Below are positions 63,759 to 64,000 of a stretch of DNA of 64,000 nucleotides, in pieces. The notes beneath the pieces are model-generated. The model made no database searches. It saw only the letters and a program-made list of their open reading frames with translations, and had not been told where the DNA came from. This DNA comes from a virus. The stretch is taken from the IMG/VR virus record IMGVR_UViG_3300034073_004654, positions 1 through 64,000 of that record; one strand, written 5' to 3'. Each line of letters starts with the position of its first letter. Position 1 is the stretch's first letter. A program made the translations under genes and the position numbers.

Positions 63759-64000
63759 TTCAAAAACCCCCGAATATTTATATCATATTACTCAAGAAGA
63801 TGTTTCAGACCAGCCTTTTACTTGGGTGCCTAAAAAAGTTGGCTCACATAGATGTTACCTAGAGCCTAAAACTCCAAGAATTTGTTTCTCAAAAAATATT
63901 TCAGGTTGCTTTATTACCCTTGGAGAGTGCTTGAAATCCAATAAAGATATTTCAATATTAAAAACAATCAAACCGGTGCATTATTATACTCCAACCTCCA
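63745..64000 (+). CDS. Tandem paralog of 63306..63758 (runs off the window; absent from ORF track)
   Basis: My translation: MPKHNSKTPEYLYHITQ...EPKTPRICFSKNISGC. Confidence 0.7.
   Translation, partial: MPKHNSKTPEYLYHITQEDVSDQPFTWVPKKVGSHRCYLEPKTPRICFSKNISGCFITLGECLKSNKDISILKTIKPVHYYTPTS

Noticed and set aside
1-64000. CRISPR array, or Cas12 identity for the two RuvC proteins
   Set aside because: No repeat-spacer array is visible. Both proteins are TnpB-sized and one has clear IS ends.
1-64000. Stop-codon reassignment as in some huge phages
   Set aside because: Standard-code ORFs tile densely, with recognisable intact domains and all three stop codons in use.

Overview
AT-rich, gene-dense segment of what looks like a jumbo (huge) bacteriophage genome. 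There are no core structural or replication genes, and Cys-rich and lysozyme-like ORFs hint at a myxobacterial host. Two interleaved gene classes are visible. (1) Plus-strand operons of small hypothetical ORFs follow about 25 sigma70-type TTGAC-N16/18-TAnnnT promoters; the two ORFs read codon by codon lack AUA, UUA and AGA, suggesting early genes. (2) About 23 genes on both strands encode otherwise unrelated proteins that share an N-terminal amphipathic leader ending in K/R-x-A/S, and many sit behind a different motif, AATA-N5-ATAT. I infer a late-expressed, capsid-targeted, protease-matured cargo system whose payloads include a CCA-adding enzyme, an ADP-ribosyltransferase-like protein, an ArcS/DUF5591-like protein and zincin-like proteins. 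The window also holds a tRNA toolkit: two CAU tRNAs plus TilS, Leu-CAA, an atypical Arg-UCU, a Leu-UAA split by an IS200/IS605 TnpB element, and an Asn-GUU carrying a group I intron next to a free-standing HNH gene. A second TnpB and a 42-bp remnant of the TnpB element are also present. All family calls come from motif recognition by eye; no database searches were run.
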